The notes beneath the pieces are model-generated. The model worked only from the letters and a program-made list of their open reading frames with translations, was not told where the DNA came from and ran no database searches. From the NCBI GenBank assembly GCA_905178155.1, contig CAJINV010000013.1, positions 2,236,281 through 2,300,280 on the forward strand: DNA of 64,000 bases, in the 5' to 3' direction. The position numbers and the translations under genes were made by a program. The DNA comes from Amoebophrya sp. A120. Lineage: Eukaryota > Protista > Dinoflagellata. Shown here one piece after another: positions 23,503-35,907 of the stretch. Numbering within the stretch: position 1 is the stretch's first letter; each line of letters begins with the position of its first letter.

Positions 23503-24487
23503 ATGAAGGGAGGTTCCTTTGGTCGCGGCGCCAAGCTGCAGATGTCTCTGGGTTTGAACGTCGCCGCGCTGATCAACTGCGCCGACAACAGTGGAGCCCG
23601 CAACTTGTACATGATCGCCGCGAAAGGTATAATTGGCACTTTCTTTTTCGACTTTAGATTTGCATTTTCACGTCCTATCTTGTGGTGCTGGTTTGATGTC
23701 TGTGGCTCGTCAGTGCGCATGGAACTTTTATTCTGAAACTGCTTTCTGATATGTCGTAGCGCGATGAACCGATTTGGATTTAGAACATACAAGCCGAACA
23801 AATAACTCGTACGGCATGCCATTCTTATGGATGACTTGCGATCCACGCTAATTGAAAATTCCAGGTTGCGGTGCTCGTTTGAACCGTCTGCCGAAGGCCG
23901 GTCCGGGTGACATGATCCTGTGCTCCGTGAAGAAGGGGAAGCCAGAGCTCCGTAAGAAGGTCCTGCTCGCCGTCGTCGTGCGTCAGAAAAAGGTACATTG
24001 GTTTTTCTAATGTTTCAGCATTTGTATGTTTGCACCACTACTACCCACTTTCAGATTTGGTAAAGAGGGGCACCAGATGGGTTTTAAAACTTCTTGAGCG
24101 CGTACCTCCTTTGGAAGGAGGAACATCACGATATACGAGATCGTCTTCTACAGCGAAAAACACGCTCCATTCGGTTGCGAAGTTCCATAATTTTGCAAGA
24201 ATCTTCAAGTCGTCAAGACGTTTTCGCGGTTGTCTTGCCTGGAGCCATACTCATGACCTTATACACGTTGTTTCTTTCTCCACAACATACACATTCTATG
24301 TTTCATTCCAACAAAACAACAGGCGTGGCGCCGCAAGGAGGGTGTCTTCATCTACTTCGAAGACAACGCGGGCGTGATCGTGAACGAGAAGGGTGAGATG
24401 AAGGGATCCGCCGTCACCGGCCCGATCGCCAAGGAGTGCGCCGAAATCTGGCCCAAGGTTGCCTCCGCTGCCCCGGCTGTCTGCTAA
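23503..24487 (+). CDS. RPL23: 60S ribosomal protein L23 (uL14); exons 23503-23626, 23865-23992, 24323-24487
   Basis: [57 protein letters not shown]; two GT-AG introns. Confidence 0.98.
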
Positions 24488-25149
24488 GTTGTTTTGTCGC
24501 ATCTTCAATGTCTTTTTTGATCATGATATGGCAAAGCTGCTGGGAAAAGAAATTCTCTGTGGAAGGACGCTGTTCTCCAAAACTGTTCGCGACGCCTCGA
24601 GACTGCGCCTTCACAAATGAAACCTGTTTGAATCGACCAGATTAAGACTCACACCCTAGTAAAAAGAAACGCTTTCGAGAGGAAGCGACGGAGCGCAGGC
24701 GCCTCGTTGCTCTAGTAGCTTTGGTGGAGCAGGTGCTGTGTGGCATCTGGCTCTGCAGCCGGTGGGAATCCGTGTTCTGAGATCATATTATGCTGGAAAA
24801 TTCGTTCCCTGAGAGTGCGCTTTTGTTCCCCGCAGAATCATCCGTTTTTCGGTCTTGCAGAGGTACTCCGAATTCGAACGTGTCGCTGATCACTTTTGAA
24901 TATTTTCATCCCATTTTTGTTTCTTCTCGACGGAGCGAACACGAAGACGTGATATCATGTTAAATCCAGGAACCGCAACCCAGGCACATTTTTCGCCTTG
25001 CGCACTTCCCCGGGGCGGGACTTACCAGTAGAAAGATAGTAGGCCTCAGCACCAAAGCCACTCATGTCACACCTTGCGCAAATTTAAAGATATCGATTCG
25101 GTTTCAATTTCATCTTCTGTAACAACCCACAATTAAACCCGCGAAAACC

Positions 25150-26211
25150 ATGCTGCCTCAGCGTTCGTCGCAACTGCAAAAGGACTGGTTCCAGATCCTG
25201 ATTGGCCTGGTCTGGTTCACGGTCGTGCTGATCATGCTTTTGTCCAAAATGAAAGCGATCCAAGACGTGCTCCTACTCGCCTTTCTCTGCGGAGCCACGG
25301 CCGTGCAGAACGCCGAGCAGTTGGTGCCCTGGCTGGTGGCGGACAAAACGAAAAAGTTCGACAAAAATTTTATCGCCGTTCGGAAGCACGTGCGATTCGA
25401 ATGCCTGTATTCCTTTCTGATAACCTGGAGTTTGCTGGAGGTCGTACATCTGTGCGGCACGCGGTTGGAGACGGAAAGTTGGCTCTTTTTCGGCTGGACG
25501 TTCTGCCTCGTCACGAGTGTGTTGTACCACAGCGGCTTTAAACTTTTCGGACTTTCCAATGCCAACCAAACATGGCTCTTTAACCCTGTAATAACGCTGG
25601 CGCTGCTGCACGGAACGAAAAGCACGGGGAATTTGGTGATATCGGACATTCAGGCGCAGATCTACATCGGGTTCCAGGTATAGGATGGCAACTTCTCGCG
25701 ATTTTTGCATTCTATCGTGTACATGATGTCTGTAGAAGTTCGCGTTTTTTTTTCGCTTTTTTGAGTTCCGCCGAAGAACCATCGGCTCCATAAAAATTTC
25801 GCACGCGCACTTCAATTGCTCAAGCCTTTTCTCCAAACTAAGGTAACAGGCATGGTTCTCGGCCTTTTACTCCATTGTGTGCGGACTTCCGGCACCGATT
25901 ATCTGTCGCTCTTTCACACACTGGAACCAAATTTCCTCGCTGTCACAGAGCTCGTGATCGCCTGCGCAATCAGCTACCTTGTAGCCCGCATGCAGATAAC
26001 AGCGAGCGAGAAGGCGAAAGGTGAGGGGAGGCGAAATGTTATGAACAAAAACAGCGGCTTCGGCAGCGGAGTAGAGATGAGAAATTTTGCCAGTGTAGAT
26101 CATGCCGGGAACGGAACGACAGGGATAGAACCATCTTCCGTACAACTTCAAGGAGCGGGGAGCAGCGCAACTGTGATTCCTGGAACTAGTGAGGAGGCGA
26201 AAATTGACTAA
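25150..26211 (+). CDS. Multi-pass membrane protein, weak MIP/aquaporin-like segment; GT-AG intron 25678-25842
   Basis: Several hydrophobic helices; FNPVITLALL...YIGFQVTGMVLG resembles the first NPA region of MIP channels, but no second NPA is seen. Confidence 0.55.
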
Positions 26212-26899
26212 AGTTATGCAGATTTGGCGCTAGTAGGCCTGTAACATGCGCCGCCCGCTGTTGTACGATTGAGAAATGAACAAGACCGGAAGATTTGGCA
26301 CAGTCTCTACAGCCGAAAAACGCCCGATACTCCACCGATGTACTTCTTGTAAAAAATTCGTGTTCGGACAAGCGGCCACAATCGCTTTTAAAAACATACA
26401 CTCTGCGGAACCTCGTTTGCTCACTTGGTTTCTATTCTTGTACCAAAGTGAGTCAGAAAGGTCTTCCTAAAGAAAACCCATCAGCGTCCTCTACACCGGA
26501 TACGCGTTTCTCATTCCTACGCATGGCCGGCTGTGCAAGCGCTTGAAACAATTCGCTAGATTCATTCACAAGAAAACCTGGGCGAGGGCGCAAGCACCGA
26601 CTCAAATTCAAAATTCGGTTCTATTCTGTCGTTGGGTTTATTCAGTATTTCCTGCTGCTGAACATGGTTTCCTTTCTACACGTCGTTTCGAAGCTGATTT
26701 CAGGTCTCCCCCCGGGCCCTTTTGGCCTTTAAGTACATGAGTAGATCGACACGGGTAAAGATGTTGTGCTGGTTTATCTGTGATGTGTCCAAAGCTTATG
26801 TCGATGTAGCAGCCGCAAGGCTGTCCTGTAAATGCTCTACCATTTACCGGTAAGAATTTTCTAGCCTTGTCAACGTCACCCTGTCCGCCAAATAGAAAA

Positions 26900-29198
26900 A
26901 TGCTGGCCTCTCTCCCGCTCCTGTCCCGGCAGGAGGTGCAGCACCAGTGCGAGGTGAAGGGGAAGAAGTGGATCATTGTGGACAACACGGTTCTCGATGT
27001 CGCACCGCTGATCAACGACAAGGATGGGGCGCACAAGGGTGGCAACGTCTTTGCGATCGGCCGGGACAACACACACCTGTTCCACGAACTGCACGCCAAC
27101 TTGCCAATCATGAAGTCCGCGCACCGGCCCGACTTGCCCTCCATCACCGCGCACATCTTCGAAAAGGTGCAGAAGCACGCGGTGGGAAAAATAGGAACCG
27201 GGTCCTCTGCCTCAACTACTTCCGACGTGCCTCTCATCTCCCCGAGCCACCGGTTCTGGCAGCCGTCGGAGCGACGGCCGCCGTTTTTGGAAAAGGTCAA
27301 GACCAGCATCGGGGATACAAACGTGGCCGCGGAGCTTGTAGCAAACGCAGTTGCCGGTTTGACGGACGTTCAGCTCCGCGCATTTTACGCGATTGTCGGG
27401 CTCCTGACCGCGGACGCCGCCGCGCAGCCGACGCACTGGAACTACAAAGTGACGTATTACCACCGAAATTTGAAGGACCTAAACCGGTTTGAAACCCCGG
27501 AGTTCTTGTGCCCCAGTCAGAACCAGTACTACGAAGTGCCCTGCGGGTCCAACAGCTGTTTCGGTGACCAGGCCTTCGTGATTCTGGAATCCATGGCGAG
27601 GTGCGGGAAACTGGAAGTGGACGATTTGGTGAAACAACACGTGCTCGCGTTCGGACCGAACACGAGCAACTACGGCCCGCTCGGGAACACAAACGTCCAA
27701 TCCGCGTATCCTGCTGCAAAAACGTGTTTGTCCCCGACTTTTGAGGTTTGCGTTTTGTCATGCGCCTGCGCATGATGTGGAAGAGAGCCACTTATTTCCA
27801 CTCGTGCTTTGTCGTGCTGTGCAGATATGCAGAAACAACTCGCTTTATGTATTGCGGCCGTCCTGGCTGCGCCTGCGTACGGTTACGCGTGACACTGCGC
27901 TACAATTGTCTACCCCAGCTTCCTGATGTGTGGCAGAAAGCGTGCCGCAATACTTGCCTCGGGGGTGTGTGCGTTTTCACTCAGGATACCGTGGGCGATT
28001 TACCGATCCGCGGGCCGTGGCGACACGGCAGCTTGGATAAGTTTCTGCGGAATGTGACGATCTTGGGGAAGAAATTTCCCACCTGCGGGTCGAATGACGG
28101 AAGCTCGGACTGCTTCATTCGGGCGGTTCCGGTTGTTGCGCTCCACGCCGGGAGGGAAGACTATGAGAGTGCATAATCATCCCCCTTTCCTCTCGTCGTG
28201 TTTACAAACAAACGCATGAAGAGGACCAGCAACACAAGCAACGACAGAAATGTGGCCTCTGCGTGACAAATCCGCGCAGGGTTTGTTGTACTGTCTGAGT
28301 TCCGGATGTTCATGTTCTTGATGCAGACAGTCATCATCGGGAATGAATACTTATCTGCGTTTGGTAATAGTTTTGCACAACACAAATGAGGCGGACGGGA
28401 AGGGTTTTTTTGCTCTTTCATACCGACATGCTGGAGCAAGTGGCGGCGGTCGTTCGCATCACCCAGAACAATGCGCTCACCGTCGCGTACGCTTGCGCGG
28501 CCGCGCGGATTTTGGAGCAGATCATTCTTTTTGGATCCACGGGAAATCAGGCCGTGAAGCACTGCGCCGACGCGCTGCTGTCCACTTCGGCCGGACAAAG
28601 CAGAACAAGTCAGAGGGCGAGAGCCAGTTCCGGGTTGGATTCCGAGATTGGCGAGCAACTTGTCGAGCTGGAGGAGCAGCTGAGCGACATGCCTTACCTG
28701 GACGGCGTGCGCGCCTACTCCGGCGGGCAATACAACGCCGTGACCGTGAGCTGAGGACTGCCCAACTCGTTTTTGTTGCCGTGTTTGCGGGTCACGAACG
28801 ACACCGTCGTTCGAGCTGATAGAAGTACTGGTTCGCTTGATGGAGCAGAAGGGGTAGAAGTTTCAGTGCAAAAATTGCGTCGAAAAGCCACTGCTACTTC
28901 TTCTTCCGCTTCCCCTTCGCTCGTCTCTGGAGAGGATTTGTTGCAGGCGAAACTACTTCGCGAGAAGCTGCAAAAAGGCAACCGAGAAATTCATTTCGCA
29001 GACGCGGTGCGTCAAGCCATGCTGGCGGGCGGCTGATCCGCATCGCGGTGCGGGCTCGTTGGCGCCTGCTATGGCGCTGCTGCGGGAACGCTTGGGGGAG
29101 GTAACGGTCTTTTCCCCGTTCCACTTGACTGGATCGCACAGGTGCGCGACGGAAAAAAAATGTTGGAACTTGCGCGGGTGCTGGTGCTGCTGCGGTAG
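26900..29198 (+). CDS. SELENOJ: Cytochrome b5 domain fused to selenoprotein J / crystallin J1-like ADP-ribosylglycohydrolase; two in-frame TGA (28752, 29034)
   Basis: b5 motifs WIIVDNTVLDV, HKGG, GRDNTHLFHELH. SelJ-like motifs ADAAAQPTHWNY, GDQAFVILES, LPIRGPWRH, VRITQNN, VS*GLPNSF, AGG*SASR, GACYGA, PLDWI; frame runs to TAG 29196-29198. Confidence 0.88.
27707..27988. mobile_element. Introner family D (282 bp), TSD CCG(C/T)G
   Basis: tatcctg...aaaacg / cgtttt..caggata; removal gives NVQS(A/V)GDLPIRGPWRH. Confidence 0.88.
28162..28422. mobile_element. Degenerate introner (261 bp)
   Basis: tatgagagtgca / tgctctttcata; flanks aagac/ccgac; removal gives HAGREDMLEQV. Confidence 0.8.
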
Positions 29199-29520
29199 GC
29201 AGAAACGCTTCAAAAAATTTCAATATGTGCACTTTTCTAGAAGACTCAGGTTTTGTATTAGCAGGCAATTGGTTGTACAATTATTCTCCACAAGCACGAC
29301 ACCGCAAAGCTTTCTTTTTCCAAAAGTCGTTATTGATGAAACAAAGTTTGGGCCAGTAGAAGAAGAGTCACATCATCAGGTCGCGTGTGCAGTAGAGACA
29401 CTGATGCGATCTCCGCTACTCCGTCACTTGTAGGAGCGCCATTTGCAGTTTTACCAAACACAAGCAACCTCACTTCGCGAATCGGAATTCTGAGCTCCGG
29501 GCGGTAGAAGATACTTCTAT

Positions 29521-29582
29521 GCGTGAATTTGTGATCCATTTCGGAGGGGCAGACCGCTCGCTCCGCTAGTGGTGATTTTTGC
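29521..29582 (+). promoter_or_regulatory. Candidate SECIS-like hairpin
   Basis: GUGAU (29531) and UGAU (29573) flank a stem CCAUU-CGGAG / CUCCG-AGUGG. It lacks the canonical apical AA. Confidence 0.3.
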
Positions 29583-30559
29583 TTTCTTTCTTAACATAGA
29601 AGACACCACTGGGCAAAACATGATTCCGTAGTGACTGAGTTCTTGTTCTACTATGCGTCGTGCTGTTAGTACAGAAACAGAGCAGCGCGTGCTCGTAATA
29701 ACTCGTACGAAAGATGATTTTTATTTGTCTCATGTGAAGCAAGGAACAAAAAATAGCCTGCTTTCGGAGAAGAAGAAACCCAAGCCGCGAGGACATGAAG
29801 TGGCAATGTCGCATCGATATCATTCCTTCAAAATGAACTGGAAGAATAGCAACAGTCGCAGAATAGGTATGGTTTCAGAAACGGAAAAAGCACCACGTAA
29901 TGAAAGTGGATGACTGACGCAATGGCGTGGTGCGAACTACGGTCGATCCCAGATTCCTTTTCCCGATCGTGAGGGATTATTACTGCCGTGGTGTAGTTCT
30001 CACACGGTGATCCGGAGCACGTGCTGCTTTTCATGACTGTCTCTAGAGCGACAGCTTCTCTTGGCAAGATTTCGGTTTTCGTGCCGAGGCAAGAATGTCT
30101 CAATAGTTTTTGTGCTGGCTCAGATCCTGCAGGGAACAGAAATCAATGATCCAGGTTCTAGAAATAAAATGGAGAGGAAAAACTTCTGGTCCTTGGCGGA
30201 GAGTGATGAGGCGATGGAGAAGCAATAGCAAACTTCGAGAATTTCGTAAAAGTGCATGAGGAGCCCCGATCTGACAAATCATTCTTGGCGCAGTGCCAGC
30301 CGAGCAAAGTCGATCATTTTGATTCCATGCGAATTTGTCTGGTTGTTACATACCTTCATGGCGAATTGGGATTCAAAGTTGCACACTCGCAGTTTGTTGC
30401 TTGTCAAGAAATTTAGGTAGCGGCTTCGTGTAAAATTTAAATTTTCATATAAGTACTACTCGACTTTCTTTTACTCTCTACGAATTGGGACTTGGTTTTG
30501 TGTCGGGCGAAAAATACTGTCCTATCCGACGACCAACGCTGACACCACAAAAAATAACC

Positions 30560-31108
30560 ATGTCCCGACGACTTAGTCGCACCCCGGTGCTGGTTCTGCT
30601 CTTGGCTCTGACCGGGCTCTCCGAAACGGTTCTCCCCGTCGAAGCTGCTTCGGGGGTCCCGCCAAGCGGTCTTCTGTCGCGTTGCCTTGGTTGCTGGAGG
30701 CCGAAGGCTCGGGTACCTTTTGTGGAAGCGGAAAATGGGAGAGACCACCTGATTATGAACCAAGAATCTTCTACGCGGTACGGTGGGAAAACAAGAGCAG
30801 TCGAGTTGGCGCGTCCGAAGGCAGCCGCCACAGGCCGAACCGTACGACCGGGCAGGAAGTCACAAAAATCGACATTTTCGGCGCAACCTGACCTGCAAAA
30901 TCATACTCTTGAAGCGCGTTGGAACCCCCCGCTCCCAGCCCAGCGAAGGACAAGCAAAAGGCCGGCAAGGAATTCGAAATCCAAAGGAATGAAGCGCGAC
31001 TCAAGAATGAAGTCGCTGCATAGGCTTCCTCCCATCGCGGAAAATTTTTTAGAGAGCGACAGCGAAAATGAGAACGACGCTGATGGCACTACCTCGGAAA
31101 TTGTATAA
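30560..31108 (+). CDS. Hypothetical signal-peptide protein
   Basis: MSRRLSRTPVLVLLLALTGLSE leader, basic middle, acidic tail; single ORF. Confidence 0.5.
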   Translation: MSRRLSRTPVLVLLLALTGLSETVLPVEAASGVPPSGLLSRCLGCWRPKARVPFVEAENGRDHLIMNQESSTRYGGKTRAVELARPKAAATGRTVRPGRKSQKSTFSAQPDLQNHTLEARWNPPLPAQRRTSKRPARNSKSKGMKRDSRMKSLHRLPPIAENFLESDSENENDADGTTSEIV

Positions 31109-32057
31109 TGAGCAGCTGAGTACCATGGCGCCGCCAGTGGTTCTGGTTCATTTTCTGGTTGAAGCAAGAAGTTGTCTTTTTTTTTCATGTATGATTTCAT
31201 TGGACTGCTGCAACTGCAACAAAGAACCTTTTCTCGACGCACTCCGTAGAAGTTGTGATGCTGATGATTCAGAATTCACGACCCATACATTCTTTCCGTT
31301 TCTGTTTCCAAAGCATGGAGACCATCTATTGCTTGTGGCATGTATGAAGAAAAAGCACCGATAGTATTGATTTCCTGACCTCGGGCAACCGAGATTCCAA
31401 GGGAGCGCGCGATGCTGGTGCAGTGGTAGCTCCTGGAGTTGTTGTCTCAGGATGAAAAACCCTGAGTGAATAATCACGACTCGTCTTGTTCTTTTGTTGT
31501 TCATCTATCTGTTACAAGCTGTCTCCGGAATTTCTATGTTCTTACAAGTCGAACGCAAACCGGTGGTCACCGACTGAGTCTTCTTTCTTTTCGAATCTTT
31601 TTCTTTTGTCTTCTCGGCAAGAGCAGCCCCGTGCCGATTTCTCGGACTTTTTTTCTTTCTGCGTCTTGTCCGGCAGTCGATCTGAAGGTCGGTGTATTTT
31701 GAGATGCTGCGATCGTGTATCTATGTGTGAACAAAAAACGCTCCGTAGCCCCAGCTGCACGGTGCTGGAATCTGTACTAACGCTGTAGTCCTGAGTTTGT
31801 TGTTTCATTTACTTCGGTTCCAGTTTTTTTTTGTCAGCAGGACACCAGAGTAAACTTGTCGACTTACAACAGTTACGAATACAAGTTCGTCGTTTCTCGC
31901 AGAGAAAAGCGTTCAAGAGGATGTGCATCAAGTAGAACCCCGTGCTTGTTTGCTCGTTGTAGCACAACGAACTGGAGGTGCTGTCTTCAGTGTGGATTGC
32001 TGCCGCGAAGTAGTTGCGTAAGGTAGAACTACACACGAGAACTGAACGCTGTTCGAA

Positions 32058-35000
32058 ATGGAAACGGCAGCCAGTCGGCGCAGAAGCACAAACAGCTCGG
32101 CTTCATCACCTCGGTCGACAGCGGCGGCAACAGCGGTCGCCGTCACGAACAAGGCACCGCTGGAGTTTGCCGACCCGGGATCTAGATTGCGTCAACACCC
32201 GGGACAAAAACACGAAACAGCACAACTTCTCGTCCACGATAGGTTTGTAGACGAAGCACGGAGCAGTTCCTTTACTAGTCGGCGTACAAGCGGTCGTGTC
32301 TACTTTCGAAGTGGTACTCCAGCTTCTCCCAGCACCGCGCGCTGGTTTTTATCGAAGCTGCCTGAGTTCTTGTATGCAACTGCAAAGAAAGCCGCGAAGA
32401 AATGGAGGCGATTCGAGTGTCAACTGCACTGGGAGAAATATTCTTCTAGGGAGCAGGACGAACCAGCAGGAAATAGAAATGCATGCTCAAAGACGGATGG
32501 GCGTTGCATTTTACTTTCCACCCGGCCGCGGTGGCGAGCGCGCAGACGAAGACCGGACAGAAGTTTTTGCCAAGGAGGTGATAGTGCAAGCGACGGAGAA
32601 GAGTGGGGTAGTTGCAGTAATTCCAGTGCAACAAGAAGACGCAGGTCAAAACTTAAAAATGCTGTCGATAAAGAACAACCACGTGTTTGTAACAACGTCG
32701 AAAATTATAACCCCAAGGCAAGAAGAGCGATTTCCATTTCTCCTTCATCGTTATTCGTCCTTCTATTCTCGGCCCTGGTGAAGATCTCGCAACTACTGCA
32801 CTTCGCAAGTGTACTCCTTCCGGCCGGAACGACCGCTACCGACCGGACAGGTGTCGATGAGGAGAAGCGAATGTTTGCCGCAGACAATGCGATCAATTAC
32901 GCCGAACAAGATAGCACCTCCGCAACAGCAGGTTCATCGAACAGCGCTCCTGCGATACCCGCGGCCCAAGGTTCTGCTATCTTCTACAAAAGTGTCCCCA
33001 CCACCGCACGCCAACAGCTGGTGGCGCGACGCCTTCATTTCTTCACGTGGTTTGATTTATCAATGGCGAGAGGCAACAAGGTCCTCGGCTGATTTTTTTG
33101 TGGCCTAGGCTTGGGGTCAATATCTCCGAATCACTTGACTCTGAAGGACGGTTTGTCAATATCTCTGAATAGTCGCTTTTGTTTGACCTACTAGGGAGTC
33201 GTCCAGGGTGGGGACGTTTTTGCACAGAATACTACGATCCTCCACCCTGTCCCCAGGTTGCGCGGAGATCCCGGAGATCGTAGCGCTCCAGAATTCCATC
33301 CAGCGCATGTCCCAGATGACCACGCAGATGCAGGACAGCGAGGATCCCATGCAGTGGAGTGCGAAAGTGTACGACAAGTACCTGGTCGAGCAAACGCAGC
33401 TGTTCGAAAAGTGTCCCGGGGGCGTGCTCACCTCGCTGATCTACCTGTCCATCGCCCAGGAGACGGAGCTCAAGTACGACTTGCTGCGGAAGGCCACGTA
33501 CCTCCTCTTCTCCGAACTGCAGGAAAGCATGAAGCCGGATTTAAAGCGCGACTGGCCGTCGGTGAAGGACGAACTGATCCGTACCCTGTACGCGAACACG
33601 GAGTCGGCGGAAAAGCCCGGGCTGGTGATTCCCAAGAAGCTGCGTCTTCCGGTCGGGACCGACGTTTCTGAGGTTGTGGACCGCAATCTGAAGTACGAAA
33701 ACACGCTCACCGTCCACTTTTCCTCCATCATTTTCTATTACTGGTACTCGTTCCAGGACCAAAACTACGCCACCCACGGCGGGCGCGCGGTGAACGCGAA
33801 CGCCAACGGGTGCGTGTGTCGCACGCAGTCCTGGTGTCTCCCCTACTGGGTCCGCGCGCTGACGAACAGCAGCATCGACATCTGGCTGGTCGGTCGCGAC
33901 TACAACAAGACCGTGTACCGGATGGACGGCAAGGGCTGTTTCGTGTCGCTGCAGCAGGGCCTCACGCACTACTCGTTCATGGGGAAGGTCAGTAATCCGC
34001 AGGAGCCGCAGAAGCAGAAGCCGAAGGAGTTCGACCTCATGTTCATCTTCGAAGTGAACAGCTTCATGCACGCCGAGGCGCGCGGCGGGATTTTGTATGC
34101 ATTGTAATGAATCTGTCTTGGTCAGCAATTATGACTTTATGACGCTGATGAATTTTGAACGAGTCAAGAACAAGGAAACCGTCAATTTGAGTCAGTGTGC
34201 CCACGCAGGAGGGCAAGTTTTATGTCAAACTCTTTCTCATGACCCCCGGTGCGCATGACCACAAACTGCGTCGTGGCACGAAAGGAGAACATATTCCTGC
34301 ACAAGTCTTACTGGTCGATCTCCGACCGAGACAGATTTGCAGTTGATATTTGCGCGAAGAAGACCATTTTGTACCCGACATTTCACCTGTCGAAAACGCA
34401 GATTTCGAACTTCGAGCAGCAGAAAATCTCGATCCTGAAGGACGACGAGGTGCTAAAGCCGCCTAATCCGTGGTTCCGGGAGTTACTGGAAGGTCGGTAC
34501 GCGGTGGGAAGGAATGTGCACGAAATCATTGAGGACGACGAGCAGGAGCTGGCCCGGGTGTACGGGATCCAGAATGTTTCCGCGTTGCCCTTTCCGAACC
34601 AGACCAAAGTGGACGAGACAGATCCAAACCGGACCATCGTGCTGCCCTACCCGAATGTGACCGCCCCTCGGATCCCGAGCCGGATGCTGCAATTCCCGGT
34701 GAACAAGAAGGCGCTGGTGTACCCGGCCGTGCTGAAACCCGCCAAGGGACAGCTCGCCTTCTTGAACCTCTTCTACGAGCACAGCCTGCGGACCTCCAGT
34801 AGGGGAACGGGCGGAACTGCCGCTGGTGTTGGTTCGGCGATATGAAGTTTGCAATAAAAGTGTCGCACTACGAGATGTTAAAATGAAATTGCAATGAATT
34901 GCGATTGTTAAGAATGTTATTCAGAGGGAGCAAAGGAACTTGCGACACAGATTCAGATCACAGGACGTATTTCGAATATGCAGGGCCGCAATTTGTACTT

Positions 35001-35907
35001 GTAGTGGCACTACTACGACTTCCAATGCGACACTTTTTCCGCAGGATACGCAGCAGCTGCCGCTCTGCATAAATCGCACCACCACCTCGAGCCGGCGTAC
35101 CAGCTTCCCGAGGAACTGCGCGACACGCACATTTATTTCGTGGGCAGCTGCGGCGGCAACGTGACGTACTGTAGCCAGACCGTGAACCGCTGCGCGCAAC
35201 TGTTGGGGCGGAAGGTGGGGATCTCCTGCACGTTTTTGAACCAGTTGTCGTCGCGGGAGATGGCGTTGGTCTACAAAAACAGCGCCGGCACCATCCTGTA
35301 CAGCAACAACGACTGCAACCCGCGGGTAATTTATGAGTCGATCATCATGAACAAACCCTTCTTCGCCACCACGGAGGCGCAGATCCCGGGCAAGGTCCAG
35401 CACTTGGGGCACATTGTGGACTACGCCGAGCCGAATTTCAACTTTTTGCCTGCGCACAAAAAGCGAGAAGAGGTAGTAACGGAAGACTCAACATCATTGT
35501 TATCCAAGAAAAAAAGTGTGTAAGGGTTGTGTAATACAAACTTTCTTGGATGAACAGTATCACAAATGTGTTCTGCATGACAGAGAAAACCTCTCATGCG
35601 CAGCCAGTACGTGAAAACACGTACGAAGCAAACCTCTGATGCATGTCCAGCGTGACCAGTGCAAGTGTCTTTCATCCTCTGCAACACAGATTTATTGTAC
35701 AGTTTTTTTCTTGCATAAACATCTTCAGCTGCGAATGAGGACGGCGCGGCGACGGAGGAGGTGGTGGAGGAATTTGTGCTCTTCCTGAACGCCATAGGGA
35801 AAAACATGTGGGGTGACCGGCCGCGAACGTTCGCCGAGGAGCACTTGACAGACAGGATGGCCTATGGAAAAGTCGTAGAGTTCATAGAAAAACAGTGGTG
35901 GGGGTAG
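32058..35907 (+). CDS. Membrane-anchored protein with C-terminal GT-B (GT4-like) glycosyltransferase domain, 5 exons
   Basis: Hydrophobic segment SLFVLLFSALV; LVYPAVLKPAKGQ and SNNDCNPRVIYESIIMNKPFF resemble nucleotide-sugar binding motifs; ends KQWWG*. Non-canonical introns near 33058, 34096, 34841, 35501. Confidence 0.6.
33058..33231. mobile_element. Degenerate family D-like introner
   Basis: Right end gggtggggacgtttttgcacagaata matches family D; left end decayed; the plus-5 rule does not restore frame. Confidence 0.5.
34841..35048. mobile_element. Degenerate introner (208 bp)
   Basis: tat...aaaagtgtcgca / tgcgacactttt...gata; frame restored. Confidence 0.7.
35501..35717. mobile_element. 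Introner family E (217 bp)
   Basis: tatccaagaaaaaaagtgt / acagtttttttcttgcata; frame restored. Confidence 0.8.

Noticed and set aside
23627-24322. Intronic snoRNAs in RPL23
   Set aside because: No convincing C box (RUGAUGA) paired with a D box and terminal stem seen by eye.
25673-25845. AGGTA direct repeat around a GT-AG intron as an introner TSD
   Set aside because: AG|GT context is the ordinary proto-splice consensus and there is no real TIR.
28752-29036. General stop-codon reassignment (reported in one Amoebophrya lineage) as the cause of the TGAs
   Set aside because: Other well-resolved genes here have long exons with no in-frame stops, use TGG for Trp and end in TAA, TAG or TGA. The two TGAs fall at Sec/Cys-type positions.
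29059-29433. ORF 29059-29433 as the C-terminus of the SelJ gene
   Set aside because: Wrong frame; the family-like C-terminus continues in the TGA frame and stops at 29198.
29890-30070. Alternative SECIS candidates (gcaccacg...cgtggtgc hairpin; atgac...agat at about 30033)
   Set aside because: Upper stem too short or poorly paired, no apical AA, and far from the stop.
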